Shown in pieces: positions 45,324 to 59,107 of a DNA stretch of 64,000 nt. The notes beneath the pieces were generated by a model that worked only from the letters and a program-made list of their open reading frames with translations, was not told where the DNA came from and searched no databases. Position numbers and translations under genes: made by a program. How positions within the stretch are numbered: position 1 is the first letter of the stretch; each line of letters begins with the position of its first letter. The DNA comes from Eledone cirrhosa (lineage: Eukaryota), in contig OZ024742.1 of NCBI GenBank assembly GCA_964016885.1, forward strand, positions 346,146,001 to 346,210,000. Reading direction: 5' to 3'.

Positions 45324-47085
45324 GAGAGAATTGGGAGTGTGTAACACTCCACTTATCAAATAGGCAGTATATGGTTAGCTCAATGTCAGAGGACAGAGCC
45401 GTAATACAATTAACAACAAAGAGCGCTTAGAACATAGGTATATCTTTAATTGCTAACAGTGTTTCGTCCACACTAGAAGTGGGACTCTTCAGAGCATAAA
45501 GAGTAAATACAAAGTATACAAGCATTGACAAAGCCAAAACAGAAGAATATATGTGGGGATACCATAAGTTGGGAGGAGTTTAAGGAGTAAAGTAAAAGGA
45601 GCAAAATAAGAGGAGTAAAATAAGAGGAGTAAAATAAAATAAAATAAACATAAAAATAAGAATAAGATAAAGAATAAAAAAAGAATAAGATTAAGAATAA
45701 AAATAATAATAAAAATAATAATACTATTAATAATAAAAATAAAAATTAAAATTAAAATAAAAATAAAAATAAAAATAAAAATAAGAATGAAAAATGAAAA
45801 ATGAAGAATGAAAAATAATAAATAAAAAATAAAAAATAAAAAATGAAAAATAAAAAATAAAAAATAAAAAATAATAGATAATAAATAAATAATAAATAAA
45901 TAAAAAATAAAAAATAAAAAATAAAAATAAAAAAATAAAAAAAATAAAAATAAATAAAAAATAAAAAATAAAAAATAATAAATAATAAATAATAAATAAT
46001 AAATAATAAATAAATAAATAAAAAAATAAAAAAAAAATAAATAAATAAATAAATTAATAAAAAATAAGAGATGTTATCACTCACAGTTGGGCAGGGTTAC
46101 GTTAACATACAGCTACATACAATTATATGCATAAGCATGAGCACCCGCATGCACCTACACACAAGCACCCGTATGCAACACATAGAGTATACACTAATAC
46201 AAATAACATATATACGGATGGGCACAAGTTAAGAGGTAGAGATAGATAAAAAATAGAAAATAGATAAGAGGTAGATAAAAATAGATAATAGATAAAAAAT
46301 AAATAAAAAATTAGATAAGAAATAGATAAAAAATAGATAAAAAATAGATAAAAAACATTTTTTTTTTTTTTTAAATTTATTTTTTTTTTTTTATTTTTTT
46401 TTTTTTTAGTTTATTTTTTATTTTTTATTTTTTTATTATATTTTTTTTTTTTATTTTTTTTTTTATTTATTTATTATTTTTTTTTTTTTATTTATTTATT
46501 TATTTATTATTTATTTATTATCTATTATTTTTTATTTTTTATTTTTTATTTTTTATTTTTTATTTTTTATTTTTTATTTTTTATTTTTTATTTTTTATTT
46601 TTTATTTTTTATTTTTTATTTTTTATTTTTTATTTTTTATTTTTTATTTTTTATTTTTTATTTTTTATTTTTTATTTTTTATTTTTTATTTTTTATTTTT
46701 TATTTTTTATTTTTTATTTTTTATTTTTTATTTTTTATTTTTTATTTTTATTTTTATTATTAATAGTATTATTATTTTTATTATTATTTTTATTCTTAAT
46801 CTTATTCTTTTTTTATTCTTTATCTTATTCTTATTTTTATGTTTATTTTATTTTATTTTACTCCTCTTATTTTACTCCTCTTATTTTGCTCCTTTTACTT
46901 TACTCCTTAAACTCCTCCCAACTTATGGTATCCCCACATATATTCTTCTGTTTTGGCTTTGTCAATGCTTGTATACTTTGTATTTACTCGTTATGCTCTG
47001 AAGAGTCCCACTTCTAGTGTGGACGAAACACTGTTAGCAATTAAAGATATACCTATGTTCTAAGCGCTCTTTGTTGTTAATTGTA
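45320..47085. mobile_element. Large fold-back element with terminal HHRs and expanded A/T-rich arms, in (TA)n
   Basis: 45405 onward is mirrored by the sequence ending at 47085. Unique spacer ~46070-46240. Confidence 0.8.
46994..47039 (+). ncRNA. Minimal type-I HHR (mirror at 45451-45496 -)
   Basis: tgct-CTGAAGA-gtcc(cacttctagtgt)ggac-GAAA-cactg-TT|agca. All core nucleotides and stems are canonical. Confidence 0.9.
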
Positions 47086-47100
47086 TATATATATATATAT

Positions 47101-47139
<39 letters not shown>

Positions 47140-47357
47140 ACTGGAAGGTAATAATATCCGCAGTGGTAGAGCATGGGACGAGTTAGGACGAGTTAGGTAG
47201 AAGTGGTTAAACAACAGTTAGTTCACCATGCGGAGAACAATTGTTTCACCTTAGCGGATCCTCAGTTGGTAATGGACATGGTTGTACGGAATGGGAAGGA
47301 CAAGGTTGTCCTTCCCATTCCGTACAACCATGGTGAAATAACTGTTGTGTAACCACT

Positions 47358-47469
<112 letters not shown>

Positions 47470-48304
47470 TGTGTATTTATATAGAATAAAAGAGAAAACA
47501 CAGGTAATCTTTAAAAAAAGGATTTTATCCAGGTAATTACGACCGTTTCATTGGTAAGCGCAACCTTATATCGCTATACTGCAAATAGCAGCCACTCGAT
47601 AATAACTGTTATTCACCTCCAAATTTTCAAAATAATGAATAAGTTTCTTGTAAAAGGTTCTTAATATATTTTTAAAAAAACATTTTTGGGGAATCGTATT
47701 TACTAGTATAGAGAGAGAGGAAGGGGGAGAATGATTAGGAAGTTGAGGGACAAACGGAGATGGAGGGAGGGGTAAAGATGGAAGGATTCCTCGATCAGTT
47801 TTGATTCGTAGACTTGATGTCGTCAATTTACTGTGTAGGGAGTTAGAGAGAATTAAATTGTTTATAGTGGGAGGAGGGAGATATAAAGAGAGAGAGAGAG
47901 GGGGAGAGATAGAGAGATAAATATATATATATAAAAGGGGGAAGAGAAAAAAGAAGAAAAGAAAAGATAACAAAAAAGGGAATGAAGAAAAGAAGAAAAC
48001 GAAAAAAGAGAAAAGGAATGAAGAGGGAGAGAGAGACATAGGTATTGGTTATTGTGGGTAATTAAAGAGGTTAGATTCAATCATAGATTTAAAGAAAAAT
48101 GTTCGCACTACAAGTGCAAATCGAACCCTTGAACTTCTACTAATACCTACAAACTGCATATACTTAGACTTTCTACCCTCTTATTGACATATCCAGGAAG
48201 AAGATCTTAACGGTTCAAGTTTTGGTACCCGTGAAATATATATAATAGAATAAATATGGTTTTATAAATATAGTTTCCATTTATTTAATATCATTGAATA
48301 TATA

Positions 48305-48336
<32 letters not shown>

Positions 48337-48840
48337 TGTTATACTTTGGGAGGGTCATGTTGCCAATAAGAAACACACGCACCAGTTGCTTTCACTTCAA
48401 TTTAATTTAATATATATTTATAAATTTACAAATTTATAAATTTCTGGTTGGTTGGTTGGTTCCACAACCAGATAGTTGTTTATATATATATAGTCATAGT
48501 TCTTTCGTCACACACTCTGTGACCTCTTCAGTGACTGGGGATTTCTTTCTTCGTTTCTGTGCCTTTCCTTTCTTCTATCCTACGCCATTTTGTTTGTGTG
48601 TGGGTTGCGTGCTCAGTTTGCGCATGCGCCACATCCGGGTGTCTGTGTGTGTTTGTGTTCATTTTTCTATTTTTATATTTTTATATTTATATTTGTTTGT
48701 TTATTTATTTATTTATTGTTGGTTGGTTGTTTGTTCTATGTGTGTGTGTGTTTTCATTTTGTCTTGTGTGTGTTTTCATTTTGTGTGTGTTTTCAATTGT
48801 AAGTTGTTTATATATGTGTGTGTGTGTTTTCATTTTGTCC

Positions 48841-49983
48841 TTAATTGTAAGTTGTGATGTTGCTGTTCCACTCATATTTTCTATTTAATTTTGGTTTTAA
48901 TTCTTTTATGCTTACTGCCTCTGTAATTTGCCTAAACATTGCGTCTTTCTTGTGTGTGGATTCTATTTTTATTTCTATGCTCTCTAATTTACCCCTGTGT
49001 TCTATCTTAGCATGTTGGTAGAGCACAGATGATTCTTTACTATCTTGGAGGTCTCGCCAGTGTTCATTTATTCGTTCCCCTATACTACGAGCTGTCTCAC
49101 CTATGTACACTATATTTTTGTTTCTACATTGTCCCTCAGTACATCTTATGCTATATACTACATTTCTAGTTTTACAGTTAATATGGGGGCTTATTTTACA
49201 GGTTATACATTTCTTATCTATACATGAGGGTCTTTGGAACGGGTATGTCTTGCTAATAAGTGTTTTTACGGAGGTACCAGGTCTTTCTACTATCTTAATA
49301 TTGAGATTATGTTTCTTTAGGGCCCTTCTAAATTTGTAGGCTAGTTCACCTCTAGGGGTTGTATTGATGAACATTACACTCTGGTATTTATTGCTATCAT
49401 ACCATGAGTTTATTCTATTGGCCTTGTTCTTAGTTCTTTCTATTCTATTCCAAAATTTGCTCCTATACAAGGGGCAGGTCCCATTTATGTCATTATTTAC
49501 CATTTTTTCCCATTTGGTTCTGGCTCCTTTATACACTCTGATTCTATCTCTCTGATTGTAGCCAGAGAACTGCATACGGTGGATGAAGTGTTGTATGTGT
49601 CTCTCTAGTTCTTCGGGGTTGCACATGCGGGACACATTTCTCATCACCCGTATCAAATCCGCAATCAGTATGTTGATTTTGGTATGGTCCGAAATGGCCG
49701 AGTTTCGGTGGATCAGATGTTTGGAAGTCATGGGTTTGGCATAATGGGAATGGAGGATTTGTTTTTGGTTGTTAATAGTATCTAACCAGAGCTCTGTGTC
49801 TAGTACAGGTAATCGATGGTTGGGGTGTCTACTTGGGTAGTCTATAGTAACTCTAATGCTCTGGTGGATGGAGTTTGCTATTTGCTGGATGCTTTCCATT
49901 GTGTTTTTCTCAGGTTCCTGACTGTTCTTTAGTGGGGGTGTCTTAACTACGATGTTTATATCATCTACGTAGCGGGAGTACAT
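48841..49983 (-). CDS. Mirror copy of the PLE RT/GIY-YIG ORF
   Basis: Identical translation to 50045-51187. Confidence 0.85.
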   Translation of the reverse strand: MYSRYVDDINIVVKTPPLKNSQEPEKNTMESIQQIANSIHQSIRVTIDYPSRHPNHRLPVLDTELWLDTINNQKQILHSHYAKPMTSKHLIHRNSAISDHTKINILIADLIRVMRNVSRMCNPEELERHIQHFIHRMQFSGYNQRDRIRVYKGARTKWEKMVNNDINGTCPLYRSKFWNRIERTKNKANRINSWYDSNKYQSVMFINTTPRGELAYKFRRALKKHNLNIKIVERPGTSVKTLISKTYPFQRPSCIDKKCITCKISPHINCKTRNVVYSIRCTEGQCRNKNIVYIGETARSIGERINEHWRDLQDSKESSVLYQHAKIEHRGKLESIEIKIESTHKKDAMFRQITEAVSIKELKPKLNRKYEWNSNITTYN

Positions 49984-50044
49984 TATCAGGGTTAATCTGT
50001 CTTCTAATTGTTCTTAACAATTAGAAGACAGATTAACCCTGATA

Positions 50045-51187
50045 ATGTACTCCCGCTACGTAGATGATATAAACATCGTAGTTAAGACACCCCCACTAAA
50101 GAACAGTCAGGAACCTGAGAAAAACACAATGGAAAGCATCCAGCAAATAGCAAACTCCATCCACCAGAGCATTAGAGTTACTATAGACTACCCAAGTAGA
50201 CACCCCAACCATCGATTACCTGTACTAGACACAGAGCTCTGGTTAGATACTATTAACAACCAAAAACAAATCCTCCATTCCCATTATGCCAAACCCATGA
50301 CTTCCAAACATCTGATCCACCGAAACTCGGCCATTTCGGACCATACCAAAATCAACATACTGATTGCGGATTTGATACGGGTGATGAGAAATGTGTCCCG
50401 CATGTGCAACCCCGAAGAACTAGAGAGACACATACAACACTTCATCCACCGTATGCAGTTCTCTGGCTACAATCAGAGAGATAGAATCAGAGTGTATAAA
50501 GGAGCCAGAACCAAATGGGAAAAAATGGTAAATAATGACATAAATGGGACCTGCCCCTTGTATAGGAGCAAATTTTGGAATAGAATAGAAAGAACTAAGA
50601 ACAAGGCCAATAGAATAAACTCATGGTATGATAGCAATAAATACCAGAGTGTAATGTTCATCAATACAACCCCTAGAGGTGAACTAGCCTACAAATTTAG
50701 AAGGGCCCTAAAGAAACATAATCTCAATATTAAGATAGTAGAAAGACCTGGTACCTCCGTAAAAACACTTATTAGCAAGACATACCCGTTCCAAAGACCC
50801 TCATGTATAGATAAGAAATGTATAACCTGTAAAATAAGCCCCCATATTAACTGTAAAACTAGAAATGTAGTATATAGCATAAGATGTACTGAGGGACAAT
50901 GTAGAAACAAAAATATAGTGTACATAGGTGAGACAGCTCGTAGTATAGGGGAACGAATAAATGAACACTGGCGAGACCTCCAAGATAGTAAAGAATCATC
51001 TGTGCTCTACCAACATGCTAAGATAGAACACAGGGGTAAATTAGAGAGCATAGAAATAAAAATAGAATCCACACACAAGAAAGACGCAATGTTTAGGCAA
51101 ATTACAGAGGCAGTAAGCATAAAAGAATTAAAACCAAAATTAAATAGAAAATATGAGTGGAACAGCAACATCACAACTTACAATTAA
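50045..51187 (+). CDS. PLE C-terminal RT (YVDD onward), thumb, Cys linker and GIY-YIG endonuclease; 5'-truncated
   Basis: YSRYVDD, LPVLD, CxxxxCxxC, NVVY..C....C...YIGETARS..ER..EH, EA..I....P.LN. Confidence 0.85.
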   Translation: MYSRYVDDINIVVKTPPLKNSQEPEKNTMESIQQIANSIHQSIRVTIDYPSRHPNHRLPVLDTELWLDTINNQKQILHSHYAKPMTSKHLIHRNSAISDHTKINILIADLIRVMRNVSRMCNPEELERHIQHFIHRMQFSGYNQRDRIRVYKGARTKWEKMVNNDINGTCPLYRSKFWNRIERTKNKANRINSWYDSNKYQSVMFINTTPRGELAYKFRRALKKHNLNIKIVERPGTSVKTLISKTYPFQRPSCIDKKCITCKISPHINCKTRNVVYSIRCTEGQCRNKNIVYIGETARSIGERINEHWRDLQDSKESSVLYQHAKIEHRGKLESIEIKIESTHKKDAMFRQITEAVSIKELKPKLNRKYEWNSNITTYN

Positions 51188-51491
51188 GGACAAAATGAAA
51201 ACACACACACACATATATAAACAACTTACAATTGAAAACACACACAAAATGAAAACACACACAAGACAAAATGAAAACACACACACACATAGAACAAACA
51301 ACCAACCAACAATAAATAAATAAATAAACAAACAAATATAAATATAAAAATATAAAAATAGAAAAATGAACACAAACACACACAGACACCCGGATGTGGC
51401 GCATGCGCAAACTGAGCACGCAACCCACACACAAACAAAATGGCGTAGGATAGAAGAAAGGAAAGGCACAGAAACGAAGAAAGAAATCCCC

Positions 51492-51536
51492 AGTCACTGA
51501 AGAGGTCACAGAGTGTGTGACGAAAGAACTATGACT
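51492..51536 (+). ncRNA. Pseudo-LTR minimal HHR (mirror at 48492-48536 -)
   Basis: agtca-CTGAAGA-g-gtcac(agagtgt)gtgac-GAAA-g(aa)c-TA|tgact. Confidence 0.85.
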
Positions 51537-51840
51537 ATATATATATAAACAACTATCTGGTTGTGGAACCAACCAACCAACCAGAAATTTATAAATTTGT
51601 AAATTTATAAATATATATTAAATTAAATTGAAGTGAAAGCAACTGGTGCGTGTGTTTCTTATTGGCAACATGACCCTCCCAAAGTATAACAATATCGGTT
51701 TCAACACACGATTTCAGATAAAGAATCTTGCTAAACAAATTCAGAAACGAAATATATATATATATATATATATATATGCATACATACATATATACTTTCA
51801 CACATACATACATGAATTCGTATATACATATATACATTCA

Positions 51841-51922
<82 letters not shown>

Positions 51923-51979
51923 TGTATAAATAGTGTATCTTGCAATACACTGTGTGCTTAATTAAAAGCATTTTGAAGA

Positions 51980-52160
51980 CCATACGCCATTGTTTTAAAA
52001 TAGTGACAATGTCACTTATTTAAATTTTCAGCAAACAGGAGAGATAAACCGACAGAGCTCTGTTTCGTACTTTTTGGTACTTATCAAAGCTCACTACTCC
52101 CCTGTTTGCTGAAAATTTAAATAAGTGACATTGTCACTAATTTAAAACAATAGCGTATGG
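51980..52160. repeat. Mini fold-back with a truncated U3-A8 HHR in its loop (52055-52092 -)
   Basis: Arms ccatacgc...gcaaacagg / cctgtttgc...gcgtatgg. Minus strand gagct-TTGATAA-gtac..gtac-GAAACAG-agctc lacks the UH triplet. Confidence 0.7.
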
Positions 52161-52658
52161 ACCAGATATTATGATATGGGACAGGGAAAAGAAGGCATGC
52201 ACAGTAATGGAAGTTAGCTGCCCAGCAGATGCCAATATAATATCAAAGATTAGCGAAAAGGAGAATATTTATGCAGAACTGATTAGAAATCTGCAGATAC
52301 TCCACCCTGACTATACCTTCACATTTATGCCTGTGATTATTGGGGCACTGGGGTATGTTAGTAACTGCCTCAATACAAATCTTGAGAAGCTGGGCTGTAC
52401 AGAAAGAGAAAGAACACAACTAGTTAGGAAATTACAAGTACAATCCATTAATGGAAAGGTAAAAAATATGTAAAACATTCCAAAAAATTTGCATCTAATA
52501 ACTGCATATACACATGCACACATACAACTCAAAACATATGCATACATATTTACCTAGTTGATGTTGTGTAAATTCCAATGAGAGAGTCTTGTGTCTATGT
52601 TAGAAACCGACTCTCTCTCTATTGGGAAAAACTTTGTGAAATTATAAAACCGGAAGAA
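52161..52658 (+). mobile_element. R4/Dong-like 3' fragment (RLE domain and 3'UTR) followed by (CATA)n
   Basis: PDIMIWDREKKACTVMEVSCP; near-identical to ~55846-56415 apart from 3'UTR indels. Confidence 0.85.
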
Positions 52659-52822
52659 CATACATACATACATACCTACCTACAAACACACATACATAAT
52701 ACATACATACATAATAAATACATACATAGATGCATACATACATACATACATACATACATACATACATACATACATACATACATACATACATACATACATA
52801 CATACATACATACATACATACA

Positions 52823-52854
<32 letters not shown>

Positions 52855-55800
52855 CAGTCAACGCGCTCAGTCGCATATTTTGGTGTGGGAGACTATTTAC
52901 TAAATTTAAGATGAATACTATCTCCGACAGTAATGCCACAACTACAGTCATGTTGAATAACTGGTTATTCTTCTAACTATATCTTCTGAATATTCGAATT
53001 CGTGGAGATATCTAACGATAAAAACAGCAGGATTTACTACAAACAGCATGGCTGAACACAACATCAAAAACAAAATTAAGGAAGTACCGAAGACAAATAA
53101 CAAGGAAGGTAAACAAACTTTATTCAGTTGTAGCTACAGAAGAAACCGAAATTATGAATCGCATTTCTCTTGGAGTTGCGAACTTAATAATGATTTATTT
53201 AATTGTTATAAAATGGCAAAAAACAATCCCTCCATTGGTTATATGAACAGAATGAAGCTACACTGGGATGAAATACACCCAGAGCTAAATTATTTCACAG
53301 CGAAACGATTACGCCAACAAGCGACGTTTGTTGAACGTAAAAATAAGATAAATATTATTAATTGTAAGTCCCCCACAACAAACATGTTATCAACAACACG
53401 TGCTACAAGTCGCCATGCTACTATACTTCCTAGCAACCAGGTCGAACAATGCCTGTAAGAAACTTGACACCACCTGTACCATCTAAGTCTACCTCGAATG
53501 CTGGGGAAAACACTATCGATAATAATAATAATCGAAGAAATTTGACACCATGTGTACCATCCGAGTCTACCTCGACTGTTGTGGAAAATACTATCGATAA
53601 TGATAATAATCAAAAGTATAAACAATTGAAATTTTCCCCCATTGAAATCTTCCAGATAGAAATTAATTCATGTATAAATATCTCTCTGGCTGAACGTATT
53701 AAAACGAGAATGTTTAATAAAAAAACAAATAATGAAAAATTTCGTGTTATTGACGAAATAGGGGATGAATATTTACGACGGATAAAAACCCCAACATTTT
53801 GGCAAATCAACGCCTGTTTATATGCCTTAGCAACGACAGTGAAGCATTATCTTGGTGATAGCAGATATATTAACAAGAGTAGAACACCACCAAAAATACC
53901 ATCATATATAACTAAAATAGAAAAAAAGATTGCTGACCTACGAAAAAACATAGGATATGTGACAATGCTCCTTACATGCAAACAAACACAAAAAAACCTC
54001 ACTCTTCACCAACAAAGAGTGAAAAATAAAATAGAGACGATGTTTGGTAACAGTAGAACCAGAACTCTCCAATATAAGCTGAGCACCCTCAAACAAGAAT
54101 TGAGAACTGTTAGCGAAACACGCCGATACCTGAAGAAGGTAGATGAGAGAAAAGATCACTGTGAAAATAATAACATCATCACAGATGAACAAGCAGCTAG
54201 AAAGAAAGGGGCTTGGGAATGTGCTGAACAACTCCTAATCAACAAAACTGCGATGTAGGAGGTGCGACAACTTAGGAGGAATATGGCTACAGTCTGGCTG
54301 GACTACAGGAAAGCTTTCGATTCGGTTCCCCACTCTTGGATGATAGAGGCCCTCCAACTTGCTAAAGTCCCAGACATTATTGTCAGAGCCATAGAGAGGC
54401 TGTCTTCTTCTTGGGCTACTATCCTGAGGTTAAAGACAGAGAGGAAGGATTCTATTTTCACTGATAAAATAAAATATTGCAGGGGTATATTTCAGGGGGA
54501 CAGTCTCTCTGTGATATTATTCATCTTGTCATTAAACCCCTTGTCCTTTCTGCTCAAGAAATGTGAGGGTTACATCATTGGCTCACAGGAGGACAGAAAT
54601 ACGAACCTAACCCATAATTTCTTTGTGGACGATCTGAAAATCTATGCCAAGAACATGGATGGGATGAAGAAAAATCTTGACCTGGTTACAACGTTCTCAA
54701 AGGATATAAGAATGGAGTTTGGCCAAGAAAAATGCTCATACATGACTGTAAAGCGGGGAAAAACAACAACCCAATCTACCAAGATTGTCATCAATGGCCT
54801 AACTGTTTCATCGATATCTGATGAGGACTGCTACAGATACCAGGGGATAGGTGAGAACATATCCTATAATGGTATCTGTAATAAAGAACGCGTAACCGGT
54901 GAATACTACACCCGATTACTACATCGGAACTCTCTGCGCAAAACAAAACAGTGGATCACAATGTGTTTGCTGTGCCTGTCCTAACACCAACGTTTGGAAT
55001 ACTCAATTGGACGATAGGCTAAATCCGAGCAGTTGATGTTGGAACTCGAAAAATACTAGACAACACCGGAAACTTCCACACCAATAGTGACATAGACCGC
55101 CTTTACTTGAAACGTAAGCAGGGAGGCAGAGGCCTAACATCAGTCCAGACAGCATTTGAATGTCGCATCATATCTCTCCGACAACATCTACGAACCTCGA
55201 AGCATAGGAGCCTGTTTCTCGAGCAAGCCTATCTGCATGAAACAGTTAAGATCATGAAAGTTGGGAAGGAACTCCTCGAGAGATATTCCCTGTGTGATAA
55301 TCAAAAACTCAGAGCCTGGGAAGTCGCTCAGCAGTATCGCAGTGAATCCATGGATGAAAAACTGCATACTTATCAGCAAAAAATCATGCATGGATATGTT
55401 GACAGGAAGCTCCAGAGTGAGAGTAATATAGATAAGGAAAGTAGTCTATCTTGGACCAACAACCGCTATATTGGCTCCCACTTTGAAGGATATGCTTTTG
55501 CAATCCAAGAACAGGAGATTAACACGAAATACCTGATTCACAAAAGAGATAGGTATGCAGGCAAAATACCTAGATGTGATAACAAGTGCAGACTCTGCAG
55601 AACTGACATCGAGGATATCACCCCTGTCATCAGCAGCTGCCCAAAGATGTCATCGCGGTACTATCTACCTATGAGGCATGATGTAGTGGCCAAAACACTA
55701 TACAATGCTGTTCGTAAAAAAAGATAGCCCCGATAATAAACACATTAAAAGCTACAGCAACGTGGAAGACATCCACGTACATAATATGAAAGAATACTGG

Positions 55801-56415
55801 TGGAATGTTCCAGTAAAAACCCCAATAAAATGCAGGCATAACAGACCAGATATTATGATATGGGACAGGGAGAAGAAAGCATGCACAGTAGTGGAAATTA
55901 GCTGCCCTGCAGATGCCAATATAATATCAAAGATTAGTGAAAAGGAGAATATTTATGCAGAACTGATGAGAAATCTGCAGCTATTCCACCCTGATTACAC
56001 CTTCAGATTTATACCTGTGATTATTGGGGCACTAGGGTATGTTAGTAACTGCCTCAATACAAATCTTGAGAAGCTAGGCTTCACAAGAACAGAGAGAACA
56101 CAACTAGTTATGAAATTACAAGTACAATCCATTAATGGAACAGTAAAAAATATGTAAAACATTTCAGAAATGTTGCATCTAACAACTGCATATACCATGA
56201 ACAGATGCAAAGCATATATACATGCACACATACAACTCAAAACATGCACGTCCACATATACAATAATCTCCACATCTACACATGCATGCAGACATACATA
56301 CATAATCTACCTAGTTGATGTTGTGTAAATTCCAATGAGAGAGTCTTGTAACTATGTTAGAAACCGACTCTCTCTCTATTGGGAACAAATTTATGAAATT
56401 ATAAAACCAGAAGAA
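52855..56415 (+). mobile_element. R4/Dong-clade non-LTR retrotransposon (RT + CCHC + restriction-like endonuclease), decayed, with an internal deletion near 54150
   Basis: WLDYRKAFDSVPHSW, GIFQGDSLS, FFVDDLKIY, KRKQGGRGL, CRLC...ISSC..MRHD, HNRPDI..E.SCP.D. (CATA)n on both sides. Confidence 0.88.
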
Positions 56416-56796
56416 CATACATACATACATACATACATACATACATACATACATGCATACATGCATACATACATACATACATACATACATACATACATAC
56501 ATACATACATACATACATACATACATACATACATACATACCTCAAGGGATGACAATTTCTTTTCTTTTACAACCTTACCACCAGGAAGGTGGCCGGTCAA
56601 AATAAAATATACTCGAAATTAAGAGAAAGAGATAATATACATACATAGATGCATGCATACATACATACATACATACATAGACATACAATACACTACATAG
56701 ACATACATACATACATACATACATACATACATACATACATAGACATACATACATACATAGACATACAATACACTACATAGACATACATACATAGAC

Positions 56797-57430
56797 ATGG
56801 TGGCTGCCAACTCGTTTTCGAGTACGGCCACTACTTTATATCCATGTAGGAGAACTTCTACTGGTGCAAAGGCACTGCACAAAGCCAGTCCCACTCTCTT
56901 AACCAAGATGATATTTACCAAAAAGAAGAACAAGTCAACATCATTGGATACCATCAGTTTTCCTTCTCCTAGAATTCTGCCTTGACAAAGGCTAAGGGGT
57001 CATCTCTCCCGGATATATACATACATATATATACATATGGTGGCTGCCAACTCGTTTTCGAGTACGGCCACTACTTTATATCCATGTAGGAGAACCCCTA
57101 CCGATGCGCTGAACGAGTGTGACTTTTTAGTCCAGCCAGCGACTTGAAAACTCTGGTACAAACACTACACTTCTGACAATTATTGACACATAGTGCTGGG
57201 CCCATGGTACCATGTGATGACAAGTGCAGAGAGATCTCCAGATATAAAGCAATGCCTGTACCGTGAAGCTTTTATAGTGAGCAAAGGCACTGCACAAAGC
57301 CAGTCCCACTCTCTTAACCAAGATGATATTTACCAAAAAGAAGAACAAGTCAACATCATTGGATACCATCAGGGTTGCAGGTGTTATATCAGAGTTTTCC
57401 TTCTCCTAGAATTCTGCCTTCACAAAGGCA
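56797..57430 (-). mobile_element. Two internally deleted copies of the RTE-UTR-like non-autonomous element with (TATG)n tails
   Basis: atggtggctgccaactcgttttcgagtacggcc occurs at 56797 and 57037. Shared block with 35325-35500. Confidence 0.6.
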
Positions 57431-58009
57431 TAGACATACATACATACATACATACATACATACATACATACATACATACATACATACATACATAGACATA
57501 CAATACACTACATAGACATACATACATACATACATACATACATACATACATACATACATACATACATACATACATACATACATACATACATACAATACAC
57601 TACATAGACTAAAGTACAAAAGACTACAGCATACCAACGAAAGCGCTGCCATATGATAATGGTATCCTAGGCTATATTTCCTGCCTGAATCAATCTACCA
57701 AGTTGAGTTAACTGATTGAAAGTAACGATAATGAGTAGAAATAGGAGAGGGTGGGGAAGGGTGACTATGTCACTCTCTTACTGTATTATATAATGTAATG
57801 TTTCTGTGTATATATATATATATGTGTGTGTGTTTATAAATTTCTGTGTCTGCCTATACAAATATACATATATGAATGTTGTGTGTGTGTGTGTGTATGT
57901 ATATATATATGAAAGTGTGTGTGTGTGTATGTGTGTGTGTGTGTAAATGTATATATATGTATATATATGTGTGTGTTTATATATATATATATATATGAAT
58001 ATATATATA

Positions 58010-58126
<117 letters not shown>

Positions 58127-58170
58127 GAATATATATATATATATATATTTATGTATATATATGTTTATAA

Positions 58171-58343
58171 TAATAATTGTTTCTACTATTGGCACAAGGC
58201 CAGCAATTACCCAGTACATTACTGGTACTTTATTTTATCGACCCCGTAAGGATGAAAGGCAAAGTTAACCTCGGCGAGATTTGAACTCAGAATGGCAAGG
58301 GCCGTAACTCTATACGACAAAGCATGGCGTCCGACCCTCTACC
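58171..58343 (-). mobile_element. tRNA-headed SINE
   Basis: Same family. Confidence 0.8.
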
Positions 58344-58420
58344 TATTAATATAATAATAATATATGTAAAAATAAACAGTGTCTAAAATTGCGAAGGTAG
58401 ATATACCACAAATGTATATG

Positions 58421-58482
<62 letters not shown>

Positions 58483-58795
58483 TATATATAAATATATACA
58501 TGTCTCTCTCTCTGTGTATGTGTGAGTGTGTCTCTGTGTATGTGTAAGTGTGTCTCTGTGTATGTGTGAGTGTGTCTCTCTGTGTTTGTATGTGTGAGTG
58601 TGGGCACCTAGAAGAAGACTCTAAGTAGAAGGAAGCATGATGAGGTATAATGATTGTTTTAAGTGATGTATCCAACTTCGTTATCATGTTAACATATTAG
58701 TAACAAAACAGAGATTGTGTAAAACAAACAGAAATATTTAAACATGAAAAATATATAAGTAAACAAGATATATATATATATAATATACATACAGT

Positions 58796-58843
<48 letters not shown>

Positions 58844-59002
58844 TTATGTATATATATATACATATATATGTAAATATATGTATACGTATGTGTGTATATA
58901 TTTACATATTTAAGGGATACATGCATATGAAAGTTATATTAATAGACACAGGTACATGCCCAAGATATATATATATACAATACATATATATATATATATT
59001 TA

Positions 59003-59107
<105 letters not shown>

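Larger units (their letters stand above)
48333..51752. mobile_element. Palindromic PLE: two 5'-truncated copies joined head-to-head (1680-bp arms, 3-nt spacer at 50013-50015), in (TA)n
   Basis: Identical 380-aa ORFs on both strands, symmetric about 50014. The right arm runs ~57 bp further. Confidence 0.92.

Noticed and set aside
52855-52950. Possible HDV-like ribozyme at the 5' end of the R4-like element
   Set aside because: A hairpin is present but I could not assign P1/P2/P3 pairings.
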